Of a DNA stretch of 64,000 nt, positions 8,963 to 19,368 are shown in pieces. The notes below the pieces were generated by a model. The model saw only the letters and a program-made list of their open reading frames with translations. It was not told the origin of the DNA and did no database searches. Numbering within the stretch: the stretch's first letter is position 1; each line of letters opens with the position of its first letter. The stretch is taken from contig CAWDDN010000022.1 of NCBI GenBank assembly GCA_963801135.1, positions 2,458 through 66,457 on the forward strand, given 5' to 3'. Made by a program: the position numbers and the translations under genes. This stretch comes from an uncultured Actinomycetota bacterium (lineage in GTDB: Bacteria > Actinomycetota > Actinomycetes > Propionibacteriales > Nocardioidaceae).

Positions 8963-9928
8963 ATGAGCCCGCAGACCCCGACCGTCGTCAGCGAGTATCA
9001 GACCGAGGCAGTCGTGCGCGGCGTCGCCCACCCGGCGAGCGACGTCGCGGAGCTGACCCTCGCTCGCGCGGACGGCGGAGCGCTCCCCGACTGGACGCCC
9101 GGCGCCCACATCGACCTGATCCTTGACGAGGACCTGGTCCGGCAGTACTCGCTGTGCGGCAGCCCCGGGGACACCGCGACGTACCGGGTCTCGGTGCTGC
9201 TCACCCCCGACAGCCGCGGCGGTGCGAAGCGGGTACACGAGCTGGTCGAGGGCGACACGGTGCGGGTCCGCGGGCCGCGCAACCACTTCCCCGTCGTCAG
9301 CTCCCGGCGCTACCTGTTCGTCGCCGGAGGCATCGGCATCACGCCCATGTTGCCGATGATCGAGGAGGTCGACGCCGCCGGCGCCGACTGGCGGCTGTAC
9401 TACGGCGGTCGCAGCCGCGCCTCGATGGCCTACCTCGAGCAGCTCGAGCAGTACGGCGACCGCGTCGAGGTGGTGCCGCAGGACGAGCGAGGACTGCTCG
9501 ACGTCACGACGATCCTCGGCGAGCCCGATCCCGGGACGCTGGTCTACTGCTGCGGACCCGAGCCACTGCTGGCGGTCTGCGAGCAGGCGTGCGCGTCCTG
9601 GCCGACGGGCGCCCTGCACCTCGAGCGATTCGCAGCCAAGGAGATCGACTCGTCTGAGGACTCCGACTTCGAGCTGGTGCTGCAGCGCTCCGGGACCGTG
9701 ACCACTGTTCCCGCCGGGACATCGGTGCTGCAGGCGATGCGCGACTCGGGAGTCTCGGTGCTCGCCTCCTGCCTGGAGGGCACCTGCGGGACCTGTGAGA
9801 CCGAGGTCGTCGAGGGCGAGATCGACCACCGCGACTCCGTCCTCGATGCTGAGGAGCAGGAGACCAACGAGGTCATGATGGTGTGCGTGTCCCGCTGCCG
9901 CGGCCCGCGGCTGGTCCTGGACGCCTGA
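8963..9928 (+). CDS. PDR/VanB-family oxidoreductase (flavin reductase with C-terminal plant-type 2Fe-2S)
   Basis: 321 aa with RQYSLC flavin motif, GGIGITPMLPM NAD motif and C-terminal CLEGTCGTCET...VCVSRC cluster ligands. Confidence 0.88.
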   Translation: MSPQTPTVVSEYQTEAVVRGVAHPASDVAELTLARADGGALPDWTPGAHIDLILDEDLVRQYSLCGSPGDTATYRVSVLLTPDSRGGAKRVHELVEGDTVRVRGPRNHFPVVSSRRYLFVAGGIGITPMLPMIEEVDAAGADWRLYYGGRSRASMAYLEQLEQYGDRVEVVPQDERGLLDVTTILGEPDPGTLVYCCGPEPLLAVCEQACASWPTGALHLERFAAKEIDSSEDSDFELVLQRSGTVTTVPAGTSVLQAMRDSGVSVLASCLEGTCGTCETEVVEGEIDHRDSVLDAEEQETNEVMMVCVSRCRGPRLVLDA

Positions 9929-9943
9929 GCGGAGGAGTCGACG

Positions 9944-11041
9944 ATGACCCGGACCAGCAACCCAACCCGCACGACCCTCGGCCCGCCCCAGCCCGCCGGA
10001 CGCGTACCCCAGCCGCCCTCGCAGCGCCGGTGCGCCGACGTGCCCCACAACGCCTGGTACGCCGTGGCCACCACCGACGAGGTCGGGCGCACGCCGCTGG
10101 CCCGTCAGGTGCTCGGCCGCCGGATCGTGGCATACCGCACGGTCGCCGGTGACGTGGTCGCCCTCGAGGACCGCTGCGCCCATCGCCCCGTGCCCCTGAG
10201 CACCGGGCGGCTCGAGGGCGACGACATCGTGGCGGCATATACCGGGTTCCGCTACGGCCCCGACGGCCGCTGCGTCTCGGTGCCGACCCAGACCAAGGTG
10301 CCGATCGGCGCCCGCGTGACGGCGTTCCCCGTGCACGACGACGGATGCTTCGTCTGGGTGTGGTGCGGCGACGCGGGACTGGCCAGGCTCCGACCGACGC
10401 CGCACGCGCCGTGGCTGCAGGATCCCGGATGGGTTTCCTTCGGCAGCAGCTGGACGACGCGGGCCTCCGTGCGGCTGCTGCTCGACAACTTCGCCGACAT
10501 CACCCACGTCGCCCACGTGCACCCGGACATCGCTCCTCCCGCGCTCGTCGAAGGCACGATGCCGCCGATGGAAGTCACCGTCACCGAGACCGGCATGTCA
10601 TTCGCACGTCAGTACCCGCCGGTGCGGCTGCCGGCCTGGCAGGCTCAGCTGCTCGGGATCGCCGACGAGGAGGAGCACCCCCAGCGCGAGGAGGGTGAGT
10701 TCCGCACCCCCGGCCTGTGGGTGGACCGTTGGCACGCGGACACCGACGCCGGTCGCCACAGTTTCGTCTTCACCCATGCCCTCACGCCGGTCGACGAGAC
10801 CTCGACGCGGCACGTGTGGCGGGTGAGCCGCAACTTCGCCGACTCCCCCGCCGCGACCGGCACCCTGACCCGGCTGATGGAGAGCTACTACCGCGCGGTC
10901 CAGGACGCACTGGAGCAGATGCAGCGCATCGTCACCGAGGACGGCCCCCGCCCCGACGTCCTGGTGACCGCCGACGCGGCGGCGGTGCAGGTTCGGCGCG
11001 TGATGGACCGGTTCGTAGCCGACGAGACCGGCCTGCGCTGA
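9944..11041 (+). CDS. VanA-like Rieske-type non-heme iron oxygenase, second Rieske ligand pair not conserved
   Basis: 365 aa with GGAGGAG RBS 6 nt upstream. It has the CAH first ligand pair (10175) and the mononuclear-Fe motif DNFADITHVAHVH. Where C-x-x-H is expected the sequence reads AAYTG. Confidence 0.8.
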   Translation: MTRTSNPTRTTLGPPQPAGRVPQPPSQRRCADVPHNAWYAVATTDEVGRTPLARQVLGRRIVAYRTVAGDVVALEDRCAHRPVPLSTGRLEGDDIVAAYTGFRYGPDGRCVSVPTQTKVPIGARVTAFPVHDDGCFVWVWCGDAGLARLRPTPHAPWLQDPGWVSFGSSWTTRASVRLLLDNFADITHVAHVHPDIAPPALVEGTMPPMEVTVTETGMSFARQYPPVRLPAWQAQLLGIADEEEHPQREEGEFRTPGLWVDRWHADTDAGRHSFVFTHALTPVDETSTRHVWRVSRNFADSPAATGTLTRLMESYYRAVQDALEQMQRIVTEDGPRPDVLVTADAAAVQVRRVMDRFVADETGLR

Positions 11042-11075
11042 GGTCTGCCTCGCGGGAGCGCGGTAGCGCCGCCCC

Positions 11076-12341
11076 TCAGCCAGGAGTCACCTTGACGGGG
11101 AAGGCCTTGATGCCGTTGACGAAGTTCGAGCGCACCCGACGTACGTCGCCGGCGAGCTGGATGTCCTTCAGGCGCGGGATCAGCTCCTCGAACATCAGGC
11201 GGATCTCCATGCGGGCCAGGTTGTTGCCCAGGCAGAGGTGCGGGCTGCCCTTGCCGAACGTCATGTGGTCGACGTTCGGCCGGTTGACGTCGATCTTGTA
11301 GGCATCCTCGAAGACATCCTCATCGCGGTTGCCGGAGGCGAACCACATCACGACCTTGTCGCCCTCCTTGACCTCCTTGCCGCCGAGCTCGACGTCGCGG
11401 GTCGCCGTACGCCGGAAGTGGTAGACCGGCGAGGCCCACCGCAGCAGCTCCTCGATCGCTCCGGGAATCAGGTCAGGCTGCTGCTGCAGCAGCTCGAGCT
11501 GGTCGCGCTGCTCGATCAGGCCCAGCATCGAGCTGCTGATCGCGTGCCGCGTGGTCTCGTTCCCGGCGATGACGAGGAGCGTGAAGTACTGGCGGAAGTC
11601 CTGGTCGCTGAGCGGGACGCCGTCCTCGGGCATCTTGTTGGCCAGCTGGCTGATGAGGTCGGTGCCGTCGCCCCCGACACGCCTCTGCTTCAGCTCGTCG
11701 CCGTAGTCCCAGACCTCCTGCACCGTGGGCGACCGGAACGGGAGGTGCTTGTACTTCTCGCCCTCCTCGGAGTCGGCGAGCACCTTGGCGAAGTCGGGGT
11801 CGGTGTTGCCCACGAACTCGTTGCCCCACGCGATCAGCTGCGGCGTGTCCTCACGGGGCACGTCGAGCAGCCGCGCGAGCACCTGGATCGGGAAGTCGGC
11901 ACTGATCGACTCCACGAAGTCGAACTCGTCGCGCTCCAGCGCGGTCTCGATGGTGCTCTTGGTCAGCTCGCGCAGGAACGCCTCGTAGTTCTTCAGCAGG
12001 TTGCGCGGGGTGAACTCGCGGAAGAGCAGCTTGCGCAGCGCGGTGTGGCGGGGGCCGTCGGTCTCCAGCAGCGAGCGCCGGGCGTCGCGCAGGTCGTCGT
12101 CGACCTCCTCGAGGTTGACGAACCCCTCCGAGGTGAACGTCTCCGGGTCCTTGTCGACGGTCCAGATGTCGTCGTACTTGCTCACCGCCCAGAAGCCGCG
12201 GTTGGGGGCGGGCTCGGGGTTCCAGTGCACCGGGTCCTCGCGCCGCAGCGTGTCGAGCTGGGCGAAGCCCCGGCCGTCGGCGAAGCCGTCGATGTCGGCC
12301 AGGTCCACCTCGTCGAGGGGTACAGGGGGGTGCTGAGGCAT
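11076..12341 (-). CDS. Cytochrome P450
   Basis: 421 aa with I-helix AGNETT, EELLRW (ExxR) and heme-thiolate loop FGKGSPHLCLGNNLARME. Confidence 0.9.
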   Translation of the reverse strand: MPQHPPVPLDEVDLADIDGFADGRGFAQLDTLRREDPVHWNPEPAPNRGFWAVSKYDDIWTVDKDPETFTSEGFVNLEEVDDDLRDARRSLLETDGPRHTALRKLLFREFTPRNLLKNYEAFLRELTKSTIETALERDEFDFVESISADFPIQVLARLLDVPREDTPQLIAWGNEFVGNTDPDFAKVLADSEEGEKYKHLPFRSPTVQEVWDYGDELKQRRVGGDGTDLISQLANKMPEDGVPLSDQDFRQYFTLLVIAGNETTRHAISSSMLGLIEQRDQLELLQQQPDLIPGAIEELLRWASPVYHFRRTATRDVELGGKEVKEGDKVVMWFASGNRDEDVFEDAYKIDVNRPNVDHMTFGKGSPHLCLGNNLARMEIRLMFEELIPRLKDIQLAGDVRRVRSNFVNGIKAFPVKVTPG

Positions 12342-12366
12342 CGGCTCTCCTGGAGGCTCGGAGTGG

Positions 12367-13722
12367 TCAGATGTGGTACGTGTACTCGTGGAACTCCCAG
12401 TCGGTGATCCAGGAGTTGAAGCGCTCGATCTCGTCGCGCTTGTAGGCCAGGAAGGCCGCCACGAACTGCTCGCCGAGCACGGCGGCGACCTCCTTGTCCG
12501 CCTCGAGGGCGTCGAGGGCCTGGCTCAGCGAGGAAGGCAGCATCTCGGCCTTGGAGGTGTCGTAGCCGTAGCCCTCGAGCGGCGCCGACGGCTCGATCTC
12601 GTTGCGTACGCCGAGCAGGGCGCCGGCCAGCAGCGCCGCGATCGCCAGGTAGGGGTTCGCGCTGGAGTCACCGAGCCGCAGCTCCAGGCGGGCTCCGTGG
12701 CCGCGCTCGGGCGGGATCCGCACCATGGCGCTGCGGTTGTCCAGCCCCCAGTCGATCAGCCAGGGGGCGAGCGTGTCGGGGCCGAAGCGCTTGTAGGAGT
12801 TGATGGTCGGGTTGGAGATCGCAGCCAGCGCGGGCGCGTGGGCCAGGATGCCGCCGATCGCGTGCCGCGCGACCGTCGAGATCCCGTGGGGCTGGTCGGG
12901 GTCATCGAACAGCGGCCGGTCCTGGTCGTCCCACATCGAGAAGTGCAGGTGGAAGCCCGAACCGCCCTCGTCGTTGAACGGCTTGGGCATGAAGGTCGCG
13001 AGGTGGCCCAGCTTGCGGGCGAGCTCCTTGACCGCGGCCTTGAACCGGTGGGCACGGTCGGCCGCGTCGAGCGCCGGCCCGTGCCAGAGGTTGATCTCGA
13101 ACTGACCGGAGGAGAACTCGTGGTTGGCAGCGATCACCTCGATGCCGTAGCGGCCGAGCTGGCGCAGCGAGTCGAGCAGCACGTTCTGGGGGTCGCCCTT
13201 GAGCCCGGCGACGTAGACGTTGCCGGTGCCCTCGCCGTACCGCTTCCAGCCGGCGGGTGAGTCCTCCTTCTCGAGGATGTAGAACTCCAGCTCCGGTCCC
13301 ACCGCCGGCAGCATCCCGAGCTCCTCGAACTGCCCGACGACGTTGCGCAGCACCTGGCGCGGGCTGTCCTGGGCCGGGGTCCCGTCGGCGTTGTAGAGGT
13401 CGGCGATGCAGTGAGCGACGCCTGCCTCCCAGGGGATCGGCAGCAAGGTGTCGAGGTCGGGGAAGGCGAGGATGTCAGGCAGGCCGGCGCTCAGGCCGCC
13501 CTCGATGTCGACGACGCCGCCGCGGGGGGTGGTGCCCAGCACCGAGCGGCAGAAGGCGACGCCGCTGCCCACGGTGCGGCCGAAGTGGCTCACCAGCACG
13601 TCGCGACCGCGGTCGGTGCCGATCAGGTCGGCGTAACCGAGCCTCACCACGTCGATGTTCTCGGCTGCCAAGCGATCGGCGGCGGGCTGCAAACCCGAGG
13701 TGTCGAAGTGAGCCACGCGCAA
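12367..13722 (-). CDS. Glutamine synthetase-family protein (gamma-glutamyl-amine ligase type, GlnA2/3/4 or PuuA-like)
   Basis: 451 aa with GS catalytic-domain motifs (FMPKPF, GSGFHLHFS, NPYLAIAALLAG). It sits 25 bp upstream of the P450 on the same strand. Confidence 0.85.
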   Translation of the reverse strand: MRVAHFDTSGLQPAADRLAAENIDVVRLGYADLIGTDRGRDVLVSHFGRTVGSGVAFCRSVLGTTPRGGVVDIEGGLSAGLPDILAFPDLDTLLPIPWEAGVAHCIADLYNADGTPAQDSPRQVLRNVVGQFEELGMLPAVGPELEFYILEKEDSPAGWKRYGEGTGNVYVAGLKGDPQNVLLDSLRQLGRYGIEVIAANHEFSSGQFEINLWHGPALDAADRAHRFKAAVKELARKLGHLATFMPKPFNDEGGSGFHLHFSMWDDQDRPLFDDPDQPHGISTVARHAIGGILAHAPALAAISNPTINSYKRFGPDTLAPWLIDWGLDNRSAMVRIPPERGHGARLELRLGDSSANPYLAIAALLAGALLGVRNEIEPSAPLEGYGYDTSKAEMLPSSLSQALDALEADKEVAAVLGEQFVAAFLAYKRDEIERFNSWITDWEFHEYTYHI

Positions 13723-13731
13723 TCTCTCCCT

Positions 13732-13822
13732 GATCGTTAGGCCCCGAACAGTAACACGTGACGGGGGTCACGCAAGAGGTTCCGAAGTCCCGTCGCGACC
13801 GGTATCGTACGGCCCCTAACGA
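13732..13822. promoter_or_regulatory. Two operator-family boxes flanking a CGTGAC-GGGG-GTCACG palindrome in the GS/ADC divergent promoter gap
   Basis: The boxes are 13732 GATCGTTAGGCCCCGAACAG and 13803 TATCGTACGGCCCCTAACGA. The central palindrome is at 13757..13772. Confidence 0.55.
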
Positions 13823-13839
13823 GCGACGAGAGGGACCAC

Positions 13840-14658
13840 ATGACGCAGGTTCAGGGCTTCTTCTACCCGCGTACGGCGACCGGCCGGTCGACGCTGATCC
13901 CGTCGCCCCCGTGGTCCTACTCCGGCGACCTCCTCACCGTGGAGTACCGCACCGACCCGGCCCGCGTGGCCGAGCTGCTGCCCGAGCCGCTGGCCCCCGC
14001 CGAGGAGGACCCCGGCGCGGTGGCGCTGATCTGGGCCGACTGGCAGTCGTGCTCCACCTCGCGGGAGGAGCTGCTCGACCCGGTGCGCTCGCAGTACAAG
14101 GAGTGCTTCGTCGTGGTCCGGTGCTCCTTCGAGGGCCGCACCTACTCCCGCTGCGTCTACATCTGGGTCGACAAGGACTTCGCGATCCTGCGCGGTCTGC
14201 ACCAGGGCTACCCCAAGAAGCTCGGCACGATGTGGCAGACCCGGCCGCACCCCTTCGCCCAGGCGGCCCCACAGCTCGCGCCGGGCGGGATGTTCGGCGC
14301 CACGCTGGCCGCCGGCGACCGGCGCCTGGCCGAGGCGGTGCTCACGTTGCGCGAGGAGTCGGAGAGCAACGGCTTCGTCAACGGCCACCCCATGGCCCAC
14401 CACCGGATCTACCCCGCCATCGACGGCGGCGGCGACGCCTACGCCGAGCTCATCGAGTCGGGCGGGGCGTCGTTCGAGGGTGGCCAGTCGTGGCGCGGCG
14501 ACGTCTCGCTGGAGCTCTTCGACTCCCCCACCGAGGAGCTCTCGAGGCTGGCTGTCGACGAGGTCATCGGTGGGTACTACCGACAGGTCGGCGTGGTCTG
14601 GGACGGCGGGCGTTCCCTTGCCCGGCTCGACGGCCGGTCCGGCAACGCCGCTCAGTAG
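13840..14658 (+). CDS. Acetoacetate decarboxylase-family protein
   Basis: 272 aa. The N-terminal part (FYPRTATGRSTLIPSPPWSYSGDLLTVEYRTDP...YKECFVVV) resembles the ADC fold family. Confidence 0.7.
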   Translation: MTQVQGFFYPRTATGRSTLIPSPPWSYSGDLLTVEYRTDPARVAELLPEPLAPAEEDPGAVALIWADWQSCSTSREELLDPVRSQYKECFVVVRCSFEGRTYSRCVYIWVDKDFAILRGLHQGYPKKLGTMWQTRPHPFAQAAPQLAPGGMFGATLAAGDRRLAEAVLTLREESESNGFVNGHPMAHHRIYPAIDGGGDAYAELIESGGASFEGGQSWRGDVSLELFDSPTEELSRLAVDEVIGGYYRQVGVVWDGGRSLARLDGRSGNAAQ

Positions 14659-14667
14659 AGTCCGGCC

Positions 14668-15180
14668 ATGCCAGACCACCACTCCCTGGAGGAGACCGAG
14701 CGCGCCACCCAGGAGCGAGTGGGCAAGCTCGCCGTCGACTTCGAGGCGGCGCACGCGGTGATGAGCCTCTACCGCGCCGCCAACGCGGCCCGCAGCCACC
14801 TCACCAACACCGTCCTGCGGCCCCACGACCTGACCTGGACCGGGTTCCTGGTGCTCTGGCTGCTGTGGCTCTGGGAGTCGATGGAGACCCGTCACGTCGC
14901 CGAGAGCGTCGGCATCTCCAAGGCGACGCTGACCGGGGTGATGAAGACCCTCGTCAACCGGGGCCTGGTCGACCGGCTGCCCTCGGAGCGGGACCGCAGG
15001 CTGGTCGAGCTGCAGCTGTCCGACATGGGGGAGCGCTTGATGGCCGAGCTCTTCCCCAGCTTCAACAAGGCCGAGGCCCAGCTGGTCGACGGGCTGCCGG
15101 CCGGCGACGTCGCGGTGCTGACCCAGGGGCTGCGCCACATCGTGAAGGTGGCCGAGGAGCACGACCCCACGGCCGTCTGA
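14668..15180 (+). CDS. MarR-family transcriptional regulator
   Basis: 170 aa with a winged-HTH region HVAESVGISKATLTGVMKTLVNRGLVDRLPSERDRRLVELQLS. Confidence 0.88.
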   Translation: MPDHHSLEETERATQERVGKLAVDFEAAHAVMSLYRAANAARSHLTNTVLRPHDLTWTGFLVLWLLWLWESMETRHVAESVGISKATLTGVMKTLVNRGLVDRLPSERDRRLVELQLSDMGERLMAELFPSFNKAEAQLVDGLPAGDVAVLTQGLRHIVKVAEEHDPTAV

Positions 15181-15265
15181 GCCCCGGCGGCGCGGCCCGG
15201 CCGGGTGGACGCCTCCCCTCGATGCTGGTTCGTGGCCGGTGGCAACCAGACAGACCGCCGCAGGT

Positions 15266-16184
15266 TCAGACCAGCGCGTCGGCCCGGCGTACGACGTCGC
15301 GGCAGAAGGCGCCCAGCTCGGCCTGGTCGTCGATGAACTGGGCCGGCTTCACGCAGAAGGTTCCGAAGCCGCGCTCCCACTGCTCGGGGATCGACTCCAT
15401 CGCCCGGCCGATGTCGGCGCACGAGTCGTCGTCGGGGAAGACCGCGCGCACCCCGCCCACCATCTCCAGCTCCTCGCTCGGACCGTCCCGCCTCGCGCAT
15501 CGCCGCGTCGACGACGCGCAGGTCGCCGTCCGTGGGCCGACCCAGCGGGTGGAAGCCGTGCCCGTAGCGGACCAGCCGGCGCAGCACCGCGCCGTGCGCA
15601 CGCTGACCGCCGAACCACAGCCGCGGGCCGTCCGCCTGGTGCGCCTTGGGCTCGAGGTAGACGTCGTCGAACGAGAAGTACTTCCCGGCGTACGACGCGG
15701 GGGTCTGCCGCCACACCAGGTCGAGGATCTCGAGCTGCTCGTCGAGGATCCGGCCGCGCTCGCCGAACGGCACGCCGAGCGCGGCGTACTCGTCCTTGCT
15801 CCAGCTGACGTTGGGCTGCACCACCAGCCGCCCCTCGGAGACCAGGTCGAGCGTGCCCAGCTCGCGCGCCAGCAACAACGGATGGCGCAGCGGCGCGATC
15901 ACGGCGCTCGCGACCAGCCGGACCCGCGTGGTGGCGGCCGCCATCGCTGACAGCAGCACCAGGGACGACGGCCACGGCATCGCGGGGTCCTGGTTGCCGG
16001 GCATCGCGTAGGCCCTCGGGTTCCCCATCACGCCGTCGGCGCCGGAGTCCGGGCCGAGCACCACGTGCTCGCTGAGCATCACCGCGTCGAACCCGGCGTC
16101 CTCGGCCTCCTGCGCCCACCGCACGAGGTCGCCGAGCGAGCGGCCGTCGGTGAGGGTCCAGTTCTCGCTGAGGATCAGCAGCAT
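15266..16184 (-). pseudogene. LLM-class (luciferase-like) flavin/F420-dependent oxidoreductase, frame broken near 15478-15486
   Basis: The N-part MLLILSENWTLTDGRSLGDLVRWAQEAEDAGFDAVMLSEHV...VVDAAMREAGR continues in another frame as PSEELEMVGGVRAVFPDDD...AELGAFCRDVVRRADALV. The span is 919 nt, which is 3n+1. Confidence 0.75.
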
Positions 16185-16215
16185 CCGGGGGCTGGTGGCT
16201 CGCAAGGCGCGCCCC

Positions 16216-16956
16216 TCAGCCGGCGAGGCTCGCCAGGCGTCCACTGGCGGCGACCAGCGCCTCGAAAACCCCGAGTTGCTGGGGGTCGTCGCGCCAGGTG
16301 TCCTCGGGGTGCCACTGGACGCCGAGGAACCACCCGGGAGCCGACGGCAGGTCGGCGCCCTCGACGACACCTTCCTCCGCCCGGGCGGTGACCACCAGGC
16401 CGTCGCCGAGCGTGTCGAGGGCCTGGTGGTGGTAGCAGGAGACCTGGACGGACTCCCCCACGACCTCGGCCAGTCGCGACCCCTGGTGGACCGTCACGTT
16501 GTGGACCCGGTGGCGGTGGTCACCCATCGCGTCGTCGTGGGAGTCCATGTCCTGCACGAGCGTGCCGCCGAGCGCGACGTTGACGACGTGGAGGCCGCGG
16601 CACACCGCGAGCAGGGGTACGCCCCTCTCGAGCGCGACGCGGGCGACCGCCAGGTCGAAGGCGTCCTGCTCCTCGTCGACGTCGTAGAGCGCCGGGTGCG
16701 GCGGCTGGTCGAACCATCGCGACGACACGTCGCCACCTCCGGGCAGCAGGAGGCCGTCGGCGAAGGCCAGCCGCACGGCGACCTCCTCGTCGCCCAACGA
16801 CCCGTCGGGGTGCACCTGCAACGGCTCACCACCCGCGGCGTACACCGCGGCGACCAGCTCGCGGGCGCTGACCTCCGCGGCGTAGCGCAGCGCCGAGGTG
16901 GAGGCCGCGAACCGCGAGGGGATCGCGATCAGCGGCCGCCGGCCGGCGCTACCCAT
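16216..16956 (-). CDS. Gamma-glutamyl-gamma-aminobutyrate hydrolase family protein (PuuD-like, peptidase C26)
   Basis: Nucleophile motif LLAVCRGLHVVNVALGG and GVQWHPE are present. The start ATG 16956 overlaps the stop of the upstream ALDH by 8 nt. Confidence 0.85.
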   Translation of the reverse strand: MGSAGRRPLIAIPSRFAASTSALRYAAEVSARELVAAVYAAGGEPLQVHPDGSLGDEEVAVRLAFADGLLLPGGGDVSSRWFDQPPHPALYDVDEEQDAFDLAVARVALERGVPLLAVCRGLHVVNVALGGTLVQDMDSHDDAMGDHRHRVHNVTVHQGSRLAEVVGESVQVSCYHHQALDTLGDGLVVTARAEEGVVEGADLPSAPGWFLGVQWHPEDTWRDDPQQLGVFEALVAASGRLASLAG

Positions 16957-18429
16957 ACTTGATCCAGGTGGTCTTGAGGTCGGTGTACTCGTCCAGCGCG
17001 TGACGTGACTTGTCACGGCCGTTGCCCGACAGCTTGACGCCGCCGAAGGGCACGCTGAGGTCGCCCTCCTCGTAGCAGTTCACCCACACCGTGCCCGCCC
17101 GCAGCCGGCGCGAGACCCGGTGGGCGGTGCCCAGGTCGGAGGTCCACAGCGCCGCGGCAAGCCCGTACGGCGTGTCCCCTGCCACGCGCACCGCCTCCTC
17201 CTCGTCGTCGACCACCTGCACCGCGAGCACCGGCGCGAACAGCTCCTCGCGCACCAGCAGGTTGTCGGCCGCGAGCCCGGTGACCACCGTCGGCTCGAGG
17301 TACGGCGCGTCGTCGCGCAGGCGGGAACCACCGGTGCGCACGGTCGCGCCGGCGGACCGGCCCTGCTGCAGCTGCCCCAGCACCCGGCCCAGCGAGCGTT
17401 CGTCGACCATCGGGCCCATGCGGGTGGCGGGGTCGAGCGGGTCGCCCGGCGCCCAGCCGGCCGCCTGGTCGACGACGCGGTCGACCACCTCGTCGGCGAC
17501 GTCGCGGTGGACGACGAGCCTGGAGCCGGCCGTGCACATCTCGCCGCTGTTGAAGAAGATCGCCCACGCCGCGGTGTCGGCGGCGGCGGCGAGGTCGGCG
17601 CGTCGGGGAGCACGATGTTGGGCGACTTGCCGCCCAGCTCGAGGTAGACCCGCTTGAGGTTGCTGTCGGCGGCGTAGCGCAGGAAGTGCCGCCCGACCGC
17701 CGTGGACCCGGTGAAGGTGAGCACGTCGACGTCGAGGTGCTCACCGAGCGCGCGCCCGACGACCGTGCCGTCACCGGTGAGCACGTTGAGGGCGCCGGGC
17801 GGCAGCCCCGCCTCGGTGCCCAGCTCGGCCACACGCAGCATCGACAGCGGCGACTGCTCCGCGGTCTTGAGGACGACGGTGCACCCGGCCGCCAGCGCGG
17901 GCCCCAGCTTCCAGCCGGCGATCGTGAGCGGGAAGTTCCACGGCACCACGGCGGCCACCACGCCGGTCGGCTCCCGGGTCACCAGGGACAGCTCACCCTC
18001 GCCGGTCGGAGTGATCTCGCCGTGCTCCTTGTCGGCCAGCTCGCCGTAGTAGCGCAGCGTGCGGGTCAGGGCGCGCAGCTCGATCTCGTGCGCGACCCGG
18101 ATCGGCTTGCCCATCTCGAGGCTGACCAGCAGCGCCAGCTCGTCGCGGTGCTGCTCGACCAAGGCCGCGAAGCGTTGCAGCACCTCGCCGCGCTCGCGCG
18201 GGTGCATCCGCGGCCACGGCCCCTCGTCGAAGGCCCGCCGGGCGGCGGCCACGGCGCGATTGGCGTCGTCCCGCCCGGCCCACGGCACCTGCCCCAGGAC
18301 CGAACCGTCACGGGGCGTGACGTGCTCACGCTCGGACTCCGCCTTCTCGCGTCGCCCGTCGACGTACAGGCCGTCGGGGATCTCGAGCCCCGTGGCGCGG
18401 GCGGACCAGTCGATGGTGTCGACGCTCAT
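16949..18429 (-). pseudogene. Aldehyde dehydrogenase (PuuC-like position), frame broken near 17594-17601
   Basis: MSVDTIDW...VVPWNFP...ELGGKSPNIVLPDAP is followed, in another frame, by DLAAAADTAAWAIFFNSGEMCTAGSRLVV...EEGDLSVPFGGVKLSGNGRD. The span is 1481 nt (3n+2). A GAGGAG RBS precedes 18429. Confidence 0.8.
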
Positions 18430-18461
18430 CGGTCTCCTCGGGTCGGCTGCCGGCGGGCGGC

Positions 18462-19307
18462 TCAGGTGCGGGGCTTGCGGACGCCTCGGAACTCCCAGTC
18501 GCCGCCCTGAGCGGTGGAGAGCACCTCCTCGGACTCCGTGGGCTGGGCGCCCACGTCGTCGCGGATCCGGGTCGGCCCGGAGACGATGTGGTTGCGCAGC
18601 GTGCCGAGTCCCTCGACGTCCACCTCGACGACGTCGCCGGGGTAGACGGTGCGCGAGATAGCCGGGGTGCCCGAGAGCAGCAGGTCGCCGGGCTGCAGCG
18701 TGATGGTGCGCGCGATGTCGGCGACGAGGTAGTGCATGTCCCACTCCATCTCGTCGGTCGTCGCGTCCTGGCGGACCTCGCCGTTGACGAGCGTGCGGAT
18801 CCGCTTGCCGCGGAAGTCCCAGCCCTCCACCACGCCCGGACCCACGGGGCACAGCGTGTCCGAGCCCTTGACCCGCAGCATCGAGCCGGCGTCGGTGTCG
18901 CGGAAGTCGTGCAGCCCGTAGTCGTTGGCGACCGTGTAGCCGCGGATGTAGTCACCGGCGTCGTCCGGCGATACGTTGCGGCAGGTGCGGCCGATCACGA
19001 TCGCGATCTCGCCCTCGTAGTTCAGCCATGAGCAGCCCTCGGGCCGCACCACCGCGGCGTCGTGGGAGTTCAGCGCCGTCACCGGCTTGTGGAAGTAGGT
19101 CGGCGCCGGTGGCAGCGTGGTCTGCATCTCGTGCACCCGGCTGAGGTAGTTGAGGTGCACGCAGACAATCTTGGACGGCGTCACCGGCGGCAGGTGCAGC
19201 GCGTCGGTGATCGCCACCTCGCGGCCGTCACCGGCGACCAGCGCCTCGCCGCGGCGTACGACGTCGACTGGGTAGCCGTCCAGCAGGATCCGGCGGGTCT
19301 CTCGCAT
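18462..19307 (-). CDS. Fumarylacetoacetate hydrolase-family protein (HpaG/HpcE-like isomerase/decarboxylase)
   Basis: 281 aa with FAH motifs LNYEGEIAIVIG and LLLSGTP. It lies downstream of the extradiol dioxygenase. Confidence 0.82.
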   Translation of the reverse strand: MRETRRILLDGYPVDVVRRGEALVAGDGREVAITDALHLPPVTPSKIVCVHLNYLSRVHEMQTTLPPAPTYFHKPVTALNSHDAAVVRPEGCSWLNYEGEIAIVIGRTCRNVSPDDAGDYIRGYTVANDYGLHDFRDTDAGSMLRVKGSDTLCPVGPGVVEGWDFRGKRIRTLVNGEVRQDATTDEMEWDMHYLVADIARTITLQPGDLLLSGTPAISRTVYPGDVVEVDVEGLGTLRNHIVSGPTRIRDDVGAQPTESEEVLSTAQGGDWEFRGVRKPRT

Positions 19308-19368
19308 GTGCTCGCTCTCAGCTCACGGTCGGTGGCGTGTCGGTACGGCGGGGGCGCGTTGCGGCGGC

